From contig JAHCIT010000004.1 in assembly GCA_026129095.1 (NCBI GenBank), positions 310,001 to 334,849 of the forward strand: a stretch of DNA of 24,849 nt, in the 5' to 3' direction. The stretch comes from Deltaproteobacteria bacterium. GTDB taxonomy: Bacteria > JAGRBM01 > JAHCIT01. Below are positions 9,930 to 19,006 of the stretch, in pieces; the stretch's first letter is position 1, and each line of letters opens with the position of its first letter. The position numbers and the translations under genes are program-made. The notes beneath the pieces are model-generated. The model did not search any database. It was not told the DNA's origin and was given only the letters and a program-made list of their open reading frames with translations.

Positions 9930-10384
9930 GTGCCGGTTTCCCCCAGATAGTTCCGCAAGTGCTCGCGGATTTCCACGTCCTCGACGAACCGCAGCAGCAT
10001 GAATACGGTGTCGTTGAAATGGCGCCGGGTCTGCGCGTCCATCCGGCGGATCAGCTCGATCAGGGACCGCTCCTGGGCCGTCAGGCCGGAAGCGTCCTCG
10101 CTCTCGTCACCGTCGGACGCCTCGCCCGTCACTTCGTCCGGGTCTATCCCTTCGCGCCGGACGAACCGGATCAGCCGCTCCCGCCGGGCCACTTCCCATA
10201 TCTCGTCGCCCATCACGCCCAGCACCTGGGCCAGCTGCCGGCACCGCTCTTCCGTCGGCGCGTCAATCTTGCCGGTTTCAAGCTGATGTATGTACGCGTT
10301 CGAGACCCCGAGCGCCCGCGCCAGGTCTTCCTGGGTCAATCCCTCGCGCTTTCGCAAGGTTCTGAGATATGCGGAGAATTTCAT
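9926..10384 (-). CDS. XRE-family helix-turn-helix transcriptional regulator
   Basis: ATG 10384 after GAGGG; LRTLRKREGLTQEDLARALGVSNAYIHQLETGK (HTH_3 pattern); C-terminal LTAQERSLIELIRRM helix common in XRE proteins. Confidence 0.92.
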   Translation of the reverse strand: MKFSAYLRTLRKREGLTQEDLARALGVSNAYIHQLETGKIDAPTEERCRQLAQVLGVMGDEIWEVARRERLIRFVRREGIDPDEVTGEASDGDESEDASGLTAQERSLIELIRRMDAQTRRHFNDTVFMLLRFVEDVEIREHLRNYLGETGT

Positions 10385-10497
10385 GGCCACCCTCAACCTG
10401 TTCGCCGGAAACCACTCCGGCCTCACCACCTAGGCTGGCACCGATGTGCAAACCCCAACCCGAATGGCGGTCAGCAAGACACAAAAGGAACTTCACA

Positions 10498-10527
10498 ACT
10501 TTACTTGCCACCTGTTGTAATGGTCAA
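10498..10527 (-). promoter_or_regulatory. Candidate sigma70-type promoter for the XRE/MoxR operon
   Basis: Minus strand TTGACC-N18-TAAAGT, about 115 nt upstream of the XRE start, in an AT-richer intergenic region. Confidence 0.45.
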
Positions 10528-10604
10528 GGCGGAAACGCGGGGCAAAAGCGTACAGGGGGGCGAAATGATTAGAGGTTTTTAATTGCCCCTCCTTTTGAAA
10601 CTGC

Positions 10605-10634
10605 TTGACATCCAAAGTGGGTTTCTTTCATCTT
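10605..10634 (+). promoter_or_regulatory. Candidate sigma70-type promoter for the gsp operon
   Basis: Perfect TTGACA at 10605-10610, 18-nt spacer, weak -10 CATCTT. Confidence 0.45.
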
Positions 10635-10746
10635 GGGAGCAAAAGTGAAGTAATCTACTTTAGTCAATTTAAACCGTTCCGGAATACGCCGGACGGGGTG
10701 CCGCAGATACCGGAAAACAGGCAGACGCTAAGGAACCCAATTCCCG

Positions 10747-11688
10747 ATGGACTTCTTCCTAGAACGAACTCGCCTGATCCTGCTGCGGTTCCACTGGGTT
10801 CTGAACCTGCTGATGATCACCATGCTCTCCTGGCAGACGGCCGGCATACTCAGTACGATCATCGACTGGCAGCTACCGCTGCCAGCCCTCCCGTCAGCGG
10901 CCACAGCCGGCCGCTCTGGCAGCACCACCCGTCCCAGCAGCAGTACCGGCGCCCGGAGCGCCTACGATGTCATTGTCGAGCGTAATATCTTCAACTCCGC
11001 ACCCAAGACTATGGCGGCCGCCGAGACTCCGGCCGCCACCACCAGCGACCTCCACAACAAGCTCCGGCTGACGGGCACGGTCGTCTCGAAGAAACGGGCT
11101 CTGGCCACCTTCTTCATCGTGCCGAAGAACGAGTCGGAGGTGTTCCGCATTGGCGACGAGGTTTATGAGGGATGGATCGTCGATTCGGTCGAACGGGCGG
11201 TCGTCCGGCTCCGCACGGGAAACGACATGTACGAAGAAATCTACCTGCACGATGCCGAGCAGTCTGAACGGCGGCCCGGACTCCAGGCCCGTGCACCGTC
11301 GGCTCCGGGCACCGATGACCCGGCACTCCCCGGCGGCCCCTCGGAAGGGTTCGTCAAGGAAGAAAATGACGGCAAGTTCATCGTCGACAAGATGGAACTT
11401 GAATCCCAGCTCCAGAATCTCGACAACCTGATTACCCAGGCCCGTGTCATCCCGAACTTTTCTGCCGGAAAAGTGGACGGGTTCAAGATTTTTGCTATCA
11501 AGCCGAACAGCGTTTTCCAGCGGCTGGGATTCCGGAATGGCGATGTGATCGAATCGATCAACGGGACTCCGCTGGACAATGCCCAGCGGGGACTCCAGAT
11601 GTTCCAGGAACTCCGGAACCTCCCGCGCTTTGAAATCAACCTGCGCCGCCAGAACAACAAGCGGCAGCACTCGTACGAGGTCAGGTAA
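10747..11688 (+). CDS. gspC: Type II secretion protein C (TM + HR + PDZ)
   Basis: N-terminal TM, IVERNIF, LRLTGTV HR domain, ARVIPNF..GKVDGFKIFAIKPNSVFQRLGFRNGDVIESING PDZ domain; first gene before the secretin. Confidence 0.92.
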   Translation: MDFFLERTRLILLRFHWVLNLLMITMLSWQTAGILSTIIDWQLPLPALPSAATAGRSGSTTRPSSSTGARSAYDVIVERNIFNSAPKTMAAAETPAATTSDLHNKLRLTGTVVSKKRALATFFIVPKNESEVFRIGDEVYEGWIVDSVERAVVRLRTGNDMYEEIYLHDAEQSERRPGLQARAPSAPGTDDPALPGGPSEGFVKEENDGKFIVDKMELESQLQNLDNLITQARVIPNFSAGKVDGFKIFAIKPNSVFQRLGFRNGDVIESINGTPLDNAQRGLQMFQELRNLPRFEINLRRQNNKRQHSYEVR

Positions 11689-11693
11689 CCCGC

Positions 11694-14333
11694 ATGCTGA
11701 AAGTCCGCCGCCGCAAACTCACCGGGCCGATACGGCCTTCCATCCGGAAGGGCGTGCGCGCCGTTGCGGCAGTGCTGCTGATGAGCCTTGTGCACTGGGG
11801 GCAGCCGGTCAGGCCCGTCATGGCCGCACCGGTCGATGAGGATACGATCGATTTCAATTTCAGCGGCGAGGTCGAGCTTAAGGCCCTCATCAAGAACTTC
11901 GCCAAGCTGACGAACCGGAACTTCCTCCTGCCGGAAAACTTCAAGGACTCGAAGGTCACGGTTATCTCGCCACGCAAGCTGACGCTGGATGAAGGCTGGC
12001 GGGTCTTTGAGACAATTCTCTCGCAGGCCGGCTACACGATCGTCCCAGGCAAGTCGATCAACCGGATTGTCACGAAAAAGGACTCCATCTCCCTCCCGAT
12101 TCCGACCTACCGGACGGACCGGCTCACCCCGGGCTCCACCAGCGAATCATTTGTGACCCGGCTGTTCCCCCTCCAGCACACGAATGTGGAGGAGATGAAA
12201 AACATCATCCGCCCGTTCGTGACCAAGGACGGCGATCTGGTTTCCTACGCGCCGACGAACCTGCTGATCATCACCGAGACATCCAACAACATCAACCATG
12301 TGCTCCGCCTGCTGGAAGAACTGGACACGCCATCCACCGAGGAAGTGGTCGAGATCATCCGGGTGAAAAATGCGGGCGCCGACGAACTGGCCGGCCAACT
12401 CACCCAGATCTTCAGCGGGACCGGCAAGTCCGCCGGGAAGGCGCCCGCAGGTGGCGGGGCGGCTGGCCAGACCGCGCCCAGCGCGATCTCCACGACCGAT
12501 TACAAGATCATTCCCGACATGCGGACCAACTCGCTCATCGTCGTTGCCAGCAAGAAGGTGATCGGCGAGATCAAGAAGCTCCTGGCGCGGCTCGATGTCC
12601 CGGCGACCGAGGAAACGGCATCTGGCGCCCTGTCGATCTTCGTTCACAAGCTCAAGCATGCCGATGCCTCCGAGCTGGCCGGGACTCTGACAGGACTCAT
12701 CACCGGGAACTATTCAGGAACGGGAAGCTCGCTCAGCCGTTCAGCGGCCTCTGCTGCCGCCATGCCTGCCACGACAGGTACCCGTGGCGGTTCCACCCGG
12801 ACCCGTGGCGGCGGGAGCAGCCTGGCGCGGAACAGCCAGCAGGCGGCCCAGCAGCAGTTGAGCCAGTTGCAGCGGGGGGCCGCGGGCACGCAACCCGGAG
12901 CCATGCCGGGAACGCCGGGCGCAGCCGGACAAAATCCGTTGCAGTTCGAAGACCAGATACGCATCGTCGCGGACGTGCCAACAAACTCGCTGCTCATAAC
13001 GTCCACGCGGCGCGACTATGAAACGATCCGCAAGGTCATAGACCGGCTGGATGTGGCAAGGCCCCAGGTTTATGTGGAAGCCGCCATTTTCGAAGTGAAC
13101 GCCACCGATTCCAGCATCTTCGGCATCGGCTGGGCCGGCGGCGGCGATGGTCCCCGGGATGGCACGATCTTCCTGCAGCAGTCCACGGCCGTGCCGTCAG
13201 GGGTGGGCATCATCAATGCCACGACAGGCGGCGGAGCCGGCACGGGTTCCAACCCGCTGACGGCGCTGTCTGGTCCCGGACTGACGGCAGCCGCCATCGG
13301 CAAGCTGATCGATATCAAGGGCCCCGCGCCTTCCGATGGCAGCGAGGCCCCCACCCTGTTCACCATCCCGCAATACAGCGCCATCCTGAATGCCGCCAAG
13401 AGCGACCGGGAGGTGAACGTCCTGTCCACGCCGAGTGTGCTCACGTCCGACAACGAGCAGGCTCAGATCGTGGTGGCAACCAACGTTCCGATACCGACAG
13501 GGCAGACGATCGGTGTCGGGGGAACCACAACCCAGACCATCAACCGCGAGGACGTGGGCATCACGCTCCGTATCACCCCGCAGATCAACGATGCGTCGTC
13601 GCTGAGGCTGAACATCTACGTTGAAGTGTCCAACGTCTCGCAGGGCAGCTTCGGCGTCGATACGGCGAACCTCGGCATCGTGACCGCCGTCCGGTCGGCC
13701 GAGAGCGTCGTCGTCGTCCGCGACCGCCAGCCGGTCATCATAGGCGGCCTGATGCAGACCAACGATAACGTGAATGAGACCAAGATGCCGATACTGGGCG
13801 ACATCCCGATCCTGGGTTTCCTTTTCCGTTCACGGGCGACCGTCGTGGACAAGACGAACCTCCTCATCGTCATCACGCCCCGCGTGGTCCGCGACCAGCT
13901 CGATACGTCACGAATCATCGCGTTCGAGGCAGATCGCCGCAAGCAGTTTATCGACAACGAGCTGCTGGACACCTGGCTGATGGACAAGAGCAACGAGGCC
14001 AAACGCGAGGCATTTGCCATCCCACCGCAGGACTACCAGCTTCCCGATCAGCTACAGCCTGGTGAAGTGCTGATTACTCCGGAAGGTGCTTTCGGTTCGG
14101 AGGAATACAACCGCCGGATGCCGCCAAAGGGCGAAGTCGATGAACTGGTGCCGGGCGGCCGGAAACCGGGCGAAAGCGACGTGATGGGGGTGCCTTTCGA
14201 CAGTCTCCGGCGGACGCAGCCTGAAACAGGGGCCGACAACCTGGCCCTGCCCCCTGCACCGCCACAGGAAGCTCCGCCGCCACCGCCGGCAGAAGCCGCG
14301 CCGACGGCACCCGCGCCGCCCCCGGCCGAGTAG
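11694..14333 (+). CDS. gspD: Type II secretion secretin D
   Basis: N0 (IDFNF..ELKALIK..AKLTNRNF), N1-N3 repeats (PTNLLII, RTNSLIV, PTNSLLI), RPQVYVEAAIFEV, NVLSTPSVLTSDNEQAQI, KMPILGDIPILGFLFR, KTNLLIVITPRVV; exact start uncertain. Confidence 0.96.
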   Translation: MLKVRRRKLTGPIRPSIRKGVRAVAAVLLMSLVHWGQPVRPVMAAPVDEDTIDFNFSGEVELKALIKNFAKLTNRNFLLPENFKDSKVTVISPRKLTLDEGWRVFETILSQAGYTIVPGKSINRIVTKKDSISLPIPTYRTDRLTPGSTSESFVTRLFPLQHTNVEEMKNIIRPFVTKDGDLVSYAPTNLLIITETSNNINHVLRLLEELDTPSTEEVVEIIRVKNAGADELAGQLTQIFSGTGKSAGKAPAGGGAAGQTAPSAISTTDYKIIPDMRTNSLIVVASKKVIGEIKKLLARLDVPATEETASGALSIFVHKLKHADASELAGTLTGLITGNYSGTGSSLSRSAASAAAMPATTGTRGGSTRTRGGGSSLARNSQQAAQQQLSQLQRGAAGTQPGAMPGTPGAAGQNPLQFEDQIRIVADVPTNSLLITSTRRDYETIRKVIDRLDVARPQVYVEAAIFEVNATDSSIFGIGWAGGGDGPRDGTIFLQQSTAVPSGVGIINATTGGGAGTGSNPLTALSGPGLTAAAIGKLIDIKGPAPSDGSEAPTLFTIPQYSAILNAAKSDREVNVLSTPSVLTSDNEQAQIVVATNVPIPTGQTIGVGGTTTQTINREDVGITLRITPQINDASSLRLNIYVEVSNVSQGSFGVDTANLGIVTAVRSAESVVVVRDRQPVIIGGLMQTNDNVNETKMPILGDIPILGFLFRSRATVVDKTNLLIVITPRVVRDQLDTSRIIAFEADRRKQFIDNELLDTWLMDKSNEAKREAFAIPPQDYQLPDQLQPGEVLITPEGAFGSEEYNRRMPPKGEVDELVPGGRKPGESDVMGVPFDSLRRTQPETGADNLALPPAPPQEAPPPPPAEAAPTAPAPPPAE

Positions 14334-14346
14334 GAACAGGTCACTC

Positions 14347-16104
14347 ATGAGCGCCATTGCCGACCGGTTGATCCCCATCCTCGCCAGGACGGCTTCGCTG
14401 CCCGAGGCCGAGATCCGGAGTGCGGTGCGGGTTGATCCGGCCTGGCGGCCGGATTTGGTCCCCGAATACGAGGAAAACGACAAGAACTTCCACTTTGGCG
14501 CCCTGCTTATCAGCAAGAAGCAGCTGTCCGAGGACGTCTTTTACCAGGCCCTTGCCGGTTACTTCGATTACGAGTTCACGCCGAAGATCGTGGAAGCGGA
14601 CGTGGACCTCGAGCTGGTGAAGCGCGTTCCGATCCAGTACGCGCGCGAGCATGCCGTTCTCCCGATACGCCGCGACGGCGACTCCCTGAAAGTCGCGACC
14701 GCCATGCCCCAGGACCAGTCGGTCATGGAGGATCTGGAAAAGATTTTTGGTGCGCTGGTGGAGCCGGTCGTCACCACCCCTTCGGCCGTCGAGCACATGA
14801 TCAATCGCGTCTATGACCGGGCAACCGCCACGGCCGGAGCGGCGCTCGACAACCTCAATGAGGACGAAACCGACCTCGACGAGTTCGCTGGCGGACTTGA
14901 AGAGCCAAAAGACCTGCTGGAAGGAGGCGACGACGAGGCGCCGGTCATCCGGCTCATCAACACCCTGCTCTACCAGGCCGTCAAGGAGCGGGCATCGGAT
15001 ATCCACGTCGAGCCGCAGGAACGCGACATCATCGTGCGCTACCGGATCGACGGCGTTCTCCACGAGGTGCTCCATATTCCCAAGCGGTTCCAGTCGTCAG
15101 TGCTGACCCGCATCAAGATCATGGCGGGGCTGAACATCGCCGAGAAACGCCTCACCCAGGACGGCCGCATCAAGATCAAGCTCGCAGGCCGGGATATCGA
15201 CATCCGTGTAGCCACCGCGCCCACGGTCTACGGCGAAGACGTGGTGATGCGGCTTCTGGACAAGACCAACGTCGTGTTCGGCCTCGACCAGATCGGAATC
15301 ACCGGCAGGACACGGGAACAACTGGAAAAGATCATCAACCAGGATCACGGCATCCTGCTGGTCACGGGGCCGACCGGTTCCGGCAAGTCAACGACCCTTT
15401 ACGCGTCGTTGATGAAGATCAACAACCAGGAACTCAAGATCGTCACGATCGAGGACCCGGTCGAATACCAGATTACCGGCATCTCCCAGACCCAGGTGAA
15501 CCCGAAAATCGACCTCACCTTCGCCTCCGGGCTCCGTTCCATGCTCCGCCGCGATCCTGACGTCATCATGGTCGGCGAAATCCGCGACCGCGAAACAGCG
15601 GAAATCGCCATCCATGCCTCGCTGACCGGCCACCTTGTCTTCTCGACCCTGCATACCAACGATTCGGCCTCGTCCATTGCACGGCTCGTGGACATGGGCA
15701 TCGAGCCCTTTCTGGTCGCCTCGTCGGTACTCGGCATCATGGCGCAGCGCCTGGCCCGGCGGCTCTGCCCGGACTGCAAGGAAGCCTATTCACCACCCGA
15801 CGCGGAACTGGCCGAACTGGGTATCAAGCGGAGCCAGCTGGTTGACGGGAAACTCTACCGTGCCAAGGGTTGCGACAAGTGCCAGCACACCGGCTACAGG
15901 GGCCGGACCGGTATCTATGAACTGCTGGTCATCAGCGACACCATCCGTGAGCACGTCATGAAGGGTTCCCATGCGGCACTCATCAAGAAAACGGCCCAGG
16001 CCGAAGGACTCACGACGCTTCGCGAGGACGGCATCCGCAAGATCATTGACGGCGTGACCACCACGGCGGAGATCATGCGCGTTACGCAGGAAGAACTCGC
16101 CTGA
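14347..16104 (+). CDS. gspE: Type II secretion ATPase E
   Basis: ASDIHVEP, RYRIDGVL, QDGRI, Walker A GPTGSGKS, TIEDPVEY, RRDPDVIMVGEIRD, TGHLVFSTLHTN, tetracysteine CPDC...CDKC. Confidence 0.97.
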   Translation: MSAIADRLIPILARTASLPEAEIRSAVRVDPAWRPDLVPEYEENDKNFHFGALLISKKQLSEDVFYQALAGYFDYEFTPKIVEADVDLELVKRVPIQYAREHAVLPIRRDGDSLKVATAMPQDQSVMEDLEKIFGALVEPVVTTPSAVEHMINRVYDRATATAGAALDNLNEDETDLDEFAGGLEEPKDLLEGGDDEAPVIRLINTLLYQAVKERASDIHVEPQERDIIVRYRIDGVLHEVLHIPKRFQSSVLTRIKIMAGLNIAEKRLTQDGRIKIKLAGRDIDIRVATAPTVYGEDVVMRLLDKTNVVFGLDQIGITGRTREQLEKIINQDHGILLVTGPTGSGKSTTLYASLMKINNQELKIVTIEDPVEYQITGISQTQVNPKIDLTFASGLRSMLRRDPDVIMVGEIRDRETAEIAIHASLTGHLVFSTLHTNDSASSIARLVDMGIEPFLVASSVLGIMAQRLARRLCPDCKEAYSPPDAELAELGIKRSQLVDGKLYRAKGCDKCQHTGYRGRTGIYELLVISDTIREHVMKGSHAALIKKTAQAEGLTTLREDGIRKIIDGVTTTAEIMRVTQEELA

Positions 16105-16129
16105 GGCCGCCGGCCCTGCGGGAACCACC

Positions 16130-17437
16130 ATGGCTGTCTACGAATATGTCGCGCTGGACAAGAAAGGCCGTAGCGCCAAGGGCGTGATCGAGGCCGACAG
16201 CCAGAAACAGGCCAAACAGAAACTGAAGCTACAGGGGGTCTTTGTCACCCGGATCAGCGAGTCCCGTAAGGGCCGCGTCTCGGCAAAGGCGAAGAAGGAC
16301 CGGGAAAGCAAGGCGATTGCCGCCGGCGGTGAAGGCGCCACGGCGCTGGAAAAGCTCCAGGAGCTTTCCCAGCAGAACCTTCTCCAACGGTTCACCGAGC
16401 GCATCGGCCTTCAGGACGTTGTCATCTTCTCCCGCCAGCTCGCCACGCTGCTTTCGGCCCACCTGCCGCTTGTGCAGTCACTGACAGCACTTTCCGAACA
16501 GACCGAGAACATGGCCCTCCGCCGGGTCATCACCGAGGTCAAGGACCAGGTAAACGAGGGTTCCCAGCTCGCCAATGCGATGCGCAAGCACCCCAAGGTG
16601 TTTCCGGCCCTCTACACGAACATGATCCAGTCCGGGGAAAGCTCGGGAAGCCTGGATGTGGTCTGCCGGCGGCTCGCAGATTTTCTGGAAAGCCAGCTCG
16701 CCCTGAACCGCAAGGTGTCGGGCGCCATGATCTACCCGCTCATCCTCATGCTGCTGGCGATCGGCGTCGTTGTCTTCATGCTGACGACGGTGATGCCGAA
16801 AATCCTCACGATTTTTGAATCCCAGCGGACGCAACTCCCGTTGCCCACCCGGATCCTTCAGGGGCTGGCCAACGGGCTCCTCGACTGGTGGTGGCTGCTG
16901 CTCGCGATTGTCACCGGAGCATTCGTGATGTTCCGGCGCTGGAGCGCCACGCCAAAGGGCCGGGAAACCATCGACGCCTTCCTGCTCCGCGTTCCGGTAT
17001 TCGGGACGCTGATCCGGAAGGTCGCCATCGCCCGGTTCACCCGGACACTTTCCACCCTGCTGACCAGCGGCATACCGATCCTGCAGGCCCTGGACATCAC
17101 CAAGAACGTGCTGAACAACGTCGTGCTTGAGGATGCCATCGCCAAGGCGCGGGAAAGCATCTCCGAAGGATCGAGCATCGCCGGCCCGCTCAAGGCGAGC
17201 GGCGTCTTCCCGCCGATCGTCACCCATATGGTCCTCGTAGGCGAGCAGTCGGGCGAACTGGAACAGATGCTTCTCAAGGTGGCTGACACCTACGACGACG
17301 AGGTATCGCAAACAATCTCGGTCCTGACTACCCTGCTGGAGCCCGTAATTATCGTGATCATGGCAGGTGTTGTGCTGCTGATCGTGATAGCCGTGCTGCT
17401 GCCGATCATCGAGATGACCAGCGCCATCAAGAACTGA
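16130..17437 (+). CDS. gspF: Type II secretion inner membrane platform protein F
   Basis: MAVYEYVALDKKG..KGVIEADS, FSRQLATLL, GESSGSL, AMIYP, ARFTRTLSTLLTSGIP, GEQSGEL, LLEPVII. Confidence 0.96.
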   Translation: MAVYEYVALDKKGRSAKGVIEADSQKQAKQKLKLQGVFVTRISESRKGRVSAKAKKDRESKAIAAGGEGATALEKLQELSQQNLLQRFTERIGLQDVVIFSRQLATLLSAHLPLVQSLTALSEQTENMALRRVITEVKDQVNEGSQLANAMRKHPKVFPALYTNMIQSGESSGSLDVVCRRLADFLESQLALNRKVSGAMIYPLILMLLAIGVVVFMLTTVMPKILTIFESQRTQLPLPTRILQGLANGLLDWWWLLLAIVTGAFVMFRRWSATPKGRETIDAFLLRVPVFGTLIRKVAIARFTRTLSTLLTSGIPILQALDITKNVLNNVVLEDAIAKARESISEGSSIAGPLKASGVFPPIVTHMVLVGEQSGELEQMLLKVADTYDDEVSQTISVLTTLLEPVIIVIMAGVVLLIVIAVLLPIIEMTSAIKN

Positions 17438-17468
17438 ACCCCATGAGACCCAAGGAGACATTTTCATC

Positions 17469-17936
17469 ATGAAACGCACCCTCCCCAACCGCCGCCTCCG
17501 GCGCCGCCGCCAGGCCGGTTTTACCCTGATCGAAATCATCGTCGTGGTGATCATCGTGGGGCTTCTGGCGAGCCTCGTCGGTGTCGCCGTGTTCGGCCGG
17601 CTGGCCGACGCCCGCCGGGATGCAGCCCGTACGCAGATCAAGTCGCTTCAGGCGGCCCTGGATCTCTACCGGCTCGACTGCTTCGTCTACCCGGATTCCA
17701 ACACCGGACTGCGGGCACTGACCGGCGACGCGCCCGGAAACTGCAAGAACTACAAGAAGGGCGGGTATCTCGCCGCACGCTCCATTCCCAAGGATCCCTG
17801 GCAGAACGATTACGTCTACCAGTCCCCCGGTCCGGGCGGCGAGCCCTATGTCATCATCTCCTACGGCAGCGATGGCCAGGCCGGAGGCGAAGGCGAAGCG
17901 GCCGACATTTCCAGCGCCGACGGCGACCGGAACTAG
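17469..17936 (+). CDS. gspG: Major pseudopilin G
   Basis: AAGGAG SD; prepilin site QAG|FTLIEIIVVVIIVG; ALDLYRLD, PKDPWQNDYVY.SPG, SYGSDGQAGGEGEAADI Ca-binding loop. Confidence 0.96.
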   Translation: MKRTLPNRRLRRRRQAGFTLIEIIVVVIIVGLLASLVGVAVFGRLADARRDAARTQIKSLQAALDLYRLDCFVYPDSNTGLRALTGDAPGNCKNYKKGGYLAARSIPKDPWQNDYVYQSPGPGGEPYVIISYGSDGQAGGEGEAADISSADGDRN

Positions 17937-17954
17937 GCCGCGGCGGGAGCCGCC

Positions 17955-18569
17955 ATGCTACAGCGCGGCACGATGACATCCGCTACTGCCGGCCGTCCGC
18001 CCAAGGGCGGACGGCGCAGGAATACCGGCACCACCGGCTTTACACTGGTCGAACTGGCGATCGTCCTGTTCATGCTGACGCTCGTGTTCGGCATCGTCGT
18101 GCCGTATGTGGGCGAGCGCACCGAAATAAACCTGCTCTCGCAGTCCCGGTCCCTCAGCGGCGCCATGCGGTTCGCCAGCGGCGAGGCAGTGTTCCGCCGG
18201 CGCCCGACGAGACTCTACGTGGATTTCGCGCAGGGCCGCTACTGGGTCGCCATCTGGGGAGAGGACGGCTTTGCCCCCATGACCACGCCGCTGGGCAAGG
18301 CCCGGCCGCTGCTGGACAGCGTGTATTTCCAGTCCCTGTGGGTTGAGGGCTCCAACTACAACAAGGGCACGGCCTTCTTCCAGTTTGACCCGGATGGCGG
18401 CATCGAAGAGGCAGTTCTCACCATCGCCAACGACACCGGCGATGAGATCGCCATCGTGCCCGATCCCAACACCGGTTCGGCCGAAGTGTACCGCGGGGGC
18501 GCCGACCCCAGGGTTCTGTTTCCCGCGCACGCCCAGGTACGGGCCGCGGCACCCCGGAGATCCCGATGA
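17955..18569 (+). CDS. gspH: Minor pseudopilin H
   Basis: TG|FTLVELAIVLFML prepilin motif; FQFDPDG near the C-terminus; position after gspG. Confidence 0.8.
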   Translation: MLQRGTMTSATAGRPPKGGRRRNTGTTGFTLVELAIVLFMLTLVFGIVVPYVGERTEINLLSQSRSLSGAMRFASGEAVFRRRPTRLYVDFAQGRYWVAIWGEDGFAPMTTPLGKARPLLDSVYFQSLWVEGSNYNKGTAFFQFDPDGGIEEAVLTIANDTGDEIAIVPDPNTGSAEVYRGGADPRVLFPAHAQVRAAAPRRSR

Positions 18570-19006
18570 CTGCCCGGCGGCGCGGCCTGCCCTCAGAGCA
18601 GGGTTTCACACTCATCGAGGTCGTCGTCTCCATGACGATCATGATGATGGCCCTCGTTTCGCTGCTCGGTGTCGTCCAGATGGGCGTGCGCGCCGCCATG
18701 CAGCGCCGGAACATGGAACTGTCCCAGATGCTCATCAACCGGGTCATCGCCCAGGTGGATGCCCGGTACGAAAAGCCGCTGGACAACGAGTTCGAGCGGG
18801 GCAATTTCGGCAACGAGTTCCCCGATTTCCAGTGGGAATACCGCATGACGGCCAATCAGAACCTGGAAAACTTCAAGGCCCTGCTTCCCGAGATTCCCAT
18901 CACCATCTTCGCCGTCGAGGCGAAGGTCATCTGGTTCGAGGATGGCGAGCAGCGGGACTACACGGTGAAGACGGTCAAGGGCTGGGTGGAGGCCTCCAAG
19001 CAGTGA
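18566..19006 (+). CDS. gspI: Minor pseudopilin I
   Basis: EQG|FTLIEVVVSMTI; ERGNFGNEFPDFQWE; VEAKVIW; ATGA overlap with gspH. Confidence 0.82.
   Translation: MTARRRGLPSEQGFTLIEVVVSMTIMMMALVSLLGVVQMGVRAAMQRRNMELSQMLINRVIAQVDARYEKPLDNEFERGNFGNEFPDFQWEYRMTANQNLENFKALLPEIPITIFAVEAKVIWFEDGEQRDYTVKTVKGWVEASKQ

Noticed and set aside
9926..10384. XRE gene as a prophage repressor or antitoxin
   Set aside because: No integrase, phage or toxin gene nearby; it is coupled to a membrane protein gene within a chromosomal operon
10436..10450. TGGCACCGATGTGCA as a sigma54 promoter for the gsp operon
   Set aside because: Spacing is GG-N9-GC rather than the required N10, and it lies about 300 nt from gspC
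28..10582. Many plus-strand ORFs (e.g. 426-989, 4021-4803, 4891-5823, 5992-6762, 7584-8372) opposite the left operon
   Set aside because: Antisense shadows of well-supported genes in GC-rich DNA; no recognisable motifs
12780..12811. Direct repeat ACCCGTGGCGG x2
   Set aside because: Simply encodes TRGG twice within the GspD low-complexity loop
18343..19002. 479-aa ORF suggesting an N-terminally extended GspJ
   Set aside because: The extension overlaps gspH and gspI in another frame and is Arg/Pro-rich noise; a prepilin motif must be near the N-terminus, so GTG 19003 is preferred
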